Source: a virus
Virus record (IMG/VR): IMGVR_UViG_3300027822_000236
Coordinates: 1-8,103 of that record
Direction: 5' to 3' (one strand)
DNA length: 8,103 bases
The notes under the pieces are model-generated. The model did no database searches. It was not told the DNA's origin and was given only the letters and a program-made list of their open reading frames with translations. Position 1 is the stretch's first letter. Every line of letters starts with the position of its first letter. The position numbers and the translations under genes were made by a program. Below, piece after piece: positions 6,790-8,103 of the stretch.

Positions 6790-6818
6790 TTGCCTTGCTA
6801 ACTAGGTGGTATTACAAT
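6790..6818 (+). promoter_or_regulatory. sigma-70/SigA-type promoter: TTGCCT (-35) - 17 nt - TACAAT (-10)
   Basis: The -35 TTGCCT is at 6790-6795 and the -10 TACAAT at 6813-6818, with an exact 17-nt spacer, inside a locally AT-rich patch. The predicted TSS is near 6825. The reverse strand of the same patch gives no comparable match. Confidence 0.5.
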
Positions 6819-6846
6819 CAGCTCTGCGTGTTTCGTCGCCCGTAAC

Positions 6847-6900
6847 CCTAGGCCCCGACAGTGACAATCGTCAACTAGTCGGGGCCTAGGTCGTTTTCCT
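6847..6900 (+). terminator. intrinsic-terminator-like hairpin: perfect 13-bp stem, 18-nt loop, T-rich tail
   Basis: CCTAGGCCCCGAC (6847-6859) pairs with GTCGGGGCCTAGG (6878-6890). The loop is AGTGACAATCGTCAACTA and the tail is TCGTTTTCCT (6891-6900). The opposite strand has no T-tract, so it reads as plus-strand specific. Confidence 0.6.
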
Positions 6901-7007
6901 GTCGGGTGTTAGACTCACGGCGCGGTCACTCGTCGCTGAGTGAGCCCGCTCACCGTTGGGCCATGACCCCCTAAGAACATTCGCCCGTTCCAGGGGGCTC
7001 CAACGCA

Positions 7008-7048
7008 GAAGATCACCGGGCTACGCCTTACCTCGCCCGGTGATCTTC
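7008..7048. repeat. perfect 13-bp inverted repeat (hairpin, 15-nt loop) 23 nt upstream of the portal start; no U-tract
   Basis: GAAGATCACCGGG (7008-7020) pairs with CCCGGTGATCTTC (7036-7048). The loop is CTACGCCTTACCTCG. GC (7005-7006) and GC (7049-7050) can add two more pairs around a bulged A7007. Confidence 0.55.
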
Positions 7049-7071
7049 GCCGCCCATGGCATCATTGAGCC

Positions 7072-8103
7072 ATGCGCAACCCGTTGACGTCTCTCAGCAC
7101 GGCCGCTGCCCGCCAAGTCCAGGCGTCGGCCAACATCCCTATAGCGTCACGCTGGAAAGTCCCAATCTCGAACACACCGTTGTTTCGGCGGGCCACCACC
7201 GAGCTACAGCTCGACACGATGCGCCAGAACGGGACCGTCCACTCCATCGTCCACCGAATCTCGAGCGACGTGGCGCGGCAACGGTTCGCCATGTTCCTGG
7301 AAGCCGACGGGCGCGGCACACCGGTTGGCGGTGAAAGAGAGATACCCGACCACGCCTTCCTACGCGTGTGGGACCGACCGAACGAGACGATGACCCCGAC
7401 AGGTCGAGGGTTCCGGCAGCTCGCTGGCGCCTACCTCGAACTGCTCGGCGAGGCCGCGATCCTGGTGGTGTCGATGGGGAACGTGCCAGGTGGGCAACCG
7501 GTCGAGCTGTGGCCCATCCGCCCCGACCGCCTCCAACCGGTCCCGGATCCGTTCGACTGGCTGGCCGGGTGGATCTACACCTCGGAGGATGGCGAGCGGG
7601 TGCCGCTCCGACCCGATCAGATCATCCAAATCAAGTACCCGGATCCTGGCGACCCCTACCGCGGTATCAGCCCGCTGCGCTCAGCAATGACGGAGGTAGA
7701 TACCGCCGAGTTCGCCACCGAGCTACAGCGCAACATGTTCGAGAACATGGCCATGCCGGGCGGGTTCATCACCACCGACGCCGAAATGTCACCCAACGAT
7801 TTCGCTATCTGGCTGGAACGGTGGAACGAGCAACACCAAGGCACAACCAACGTGGGCCGCGTCAGCCTCATGGACCGTGGCGGGAAGTTCATCGCTCAGC
7901 AAATGTCGATGGTGGATATGCAGTTGGTCGAACTGGTCAAAACGAACCGGGACAACATCCGGGAGGCGTGGGGGATCAGCAAGACGATGCTCGGCCAGAA
8001 CGAGGACGTAAACCGGGCCACCGCCATCGCGGCCGAGCAGATCTACGGTCGATACACCCTCACCGACCGCGTAGACCTCTGGTTAGAAGCTGGGAACGAG
8101 TTG
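7072..8103 (+). CDS. phage portal protein, HK97 family (N-terminal 344 codons; continues beyond the right edge)
   Basis: Absent from the ORF track because it has no stop in the window. My translation from ATG 7072 (in-frame stop at 7066-7068) is open to 8103. It reads MRNPLTSLSTAAARQVQ...MRQNGTVHSIVHRISSDVARQRFAMF...FLRVWDRPNETMT...LLGEAAILVV...IIQIKYPDPGDPYRGISPLRSAMTEVDTAEFATELQRNMFENMAMPGGFITTDAEMSPNDFAIWLERWNEQHQGTTNVGRVSLMDRGGKFIAQQMSMVDMQLVELVKTNRDNIREAWGISKTMLGQ... The blocks P.dP.rGiSPl, f.n...pgG.l, W...h.G..n.g and ir.a.gi....lG are typical of PF04860 portals. The SD is weak, so the start is moderately certain. Confidence 0.88.
   Translation, partial: MRNPLTSLSTAAARQVQASANIPIASRWKVPISNTPLFRRATTELQLDTMRQNGTVHSIVHRISSDVARQRFAMFLEADGRGTPVGGEREIPDHAFLRVWDRPNETMTPTGRGFRQLAGAYLELLGEAAILVVSMGNVPGGQPVELWPIRPDRLQPVPDPFDWLAGWIYTSEDGERVPLRPDQIIQIKYPDPGDPYRGISPLRSAMTEVDTAEFATELQRNMFENMAMPGGFITTDAEMSPNDFAIWLERWNEQHQGTTNVGRVSLMDRGGKFIAQQMSMVDMQLVELVKTNRDNIREAWGISKTMLGQNEDVNRATAIAAEQIYGRYTLTDRVDLWLEAGNEL

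Noticed and set aside
6860-6877. Hairpin-loop sequence CGUCAAC complementary to GUUGACG at 7083-7089, just inside the portal coding start (possible antisense control)
   Set aside because: Only 7 contiguous pairs, with mismatches on both sides. With 12 possible 7-mers from the loop and 8 kb of target sequence, a match of this length is expected by chance.
6963-6974. Three-codon mini-ORF ATG ACC CCC TAA in the portal leader
   Set aside because: It has no SD and is too short to evaluate. It is probably fortuitous.
7056-7334. 92-aa plus ORF and minus ORFs 7062..7319, 7139..7321, 7360..7629, 7656..7892
   Set aside because: All overlap the open frame starting at ATG 7072, which translates into a recognisable HK97-type portal. 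The listed ORFs are Arg/Pro-rich shadows.

Overview
High-GC (Actinobacteria-type) phage or prophage segment with three parts. (1) 1-2917, minus strand: a translationally coupled early operon. It runs from an excisionase-like HTH protein through small hypothetical and membrane proteins to a YqaJ-type exonuclease, a strongly acidic 92-aa protein and RecT. RecT runs off the left edge and is missing from the ORF track. (2) 2983-5642, plus strand: a packaging operon with an HTH/coiled-coil protein (possible small terminase), two small ORFs and the large terminase. The two operons diverge from a short AT-rich region carrying a perfect 12-bp palindrome. (3) 7072-8103, plus strand: an HK97-family portal gene that runs off the right edge and is also missing from the track. 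The most unusual part is a 1.43-kb, mostly non-coding segment (5643-7071) between terL and portal, which are normally adjacent. It holds a reverse-oriented initiator-type tRNA-Met(CAU) with a non-canonical unpaired A1/C72. A 64-aa ORF ends 9 nt upstream of that tRNA. A 94-aa membrane protein diverges from the ORF across a 23-bp palindromic spacer that looks like two overlapping leaderless promoters. About 430 nt of ORF-free, G-skewed sequence follows, with a cluster of CSGTGG motifs. Next comes a near-consensus promoter feeding directly into a 13-bp-stem terminator, then a second perfect 13-bp hairpin 23 nt before the portal start. No CRISPR array, IS element, integrase or recognisable defence enzyme was seen. 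Function calls rest on motif recognition by eye and need database confirmation.
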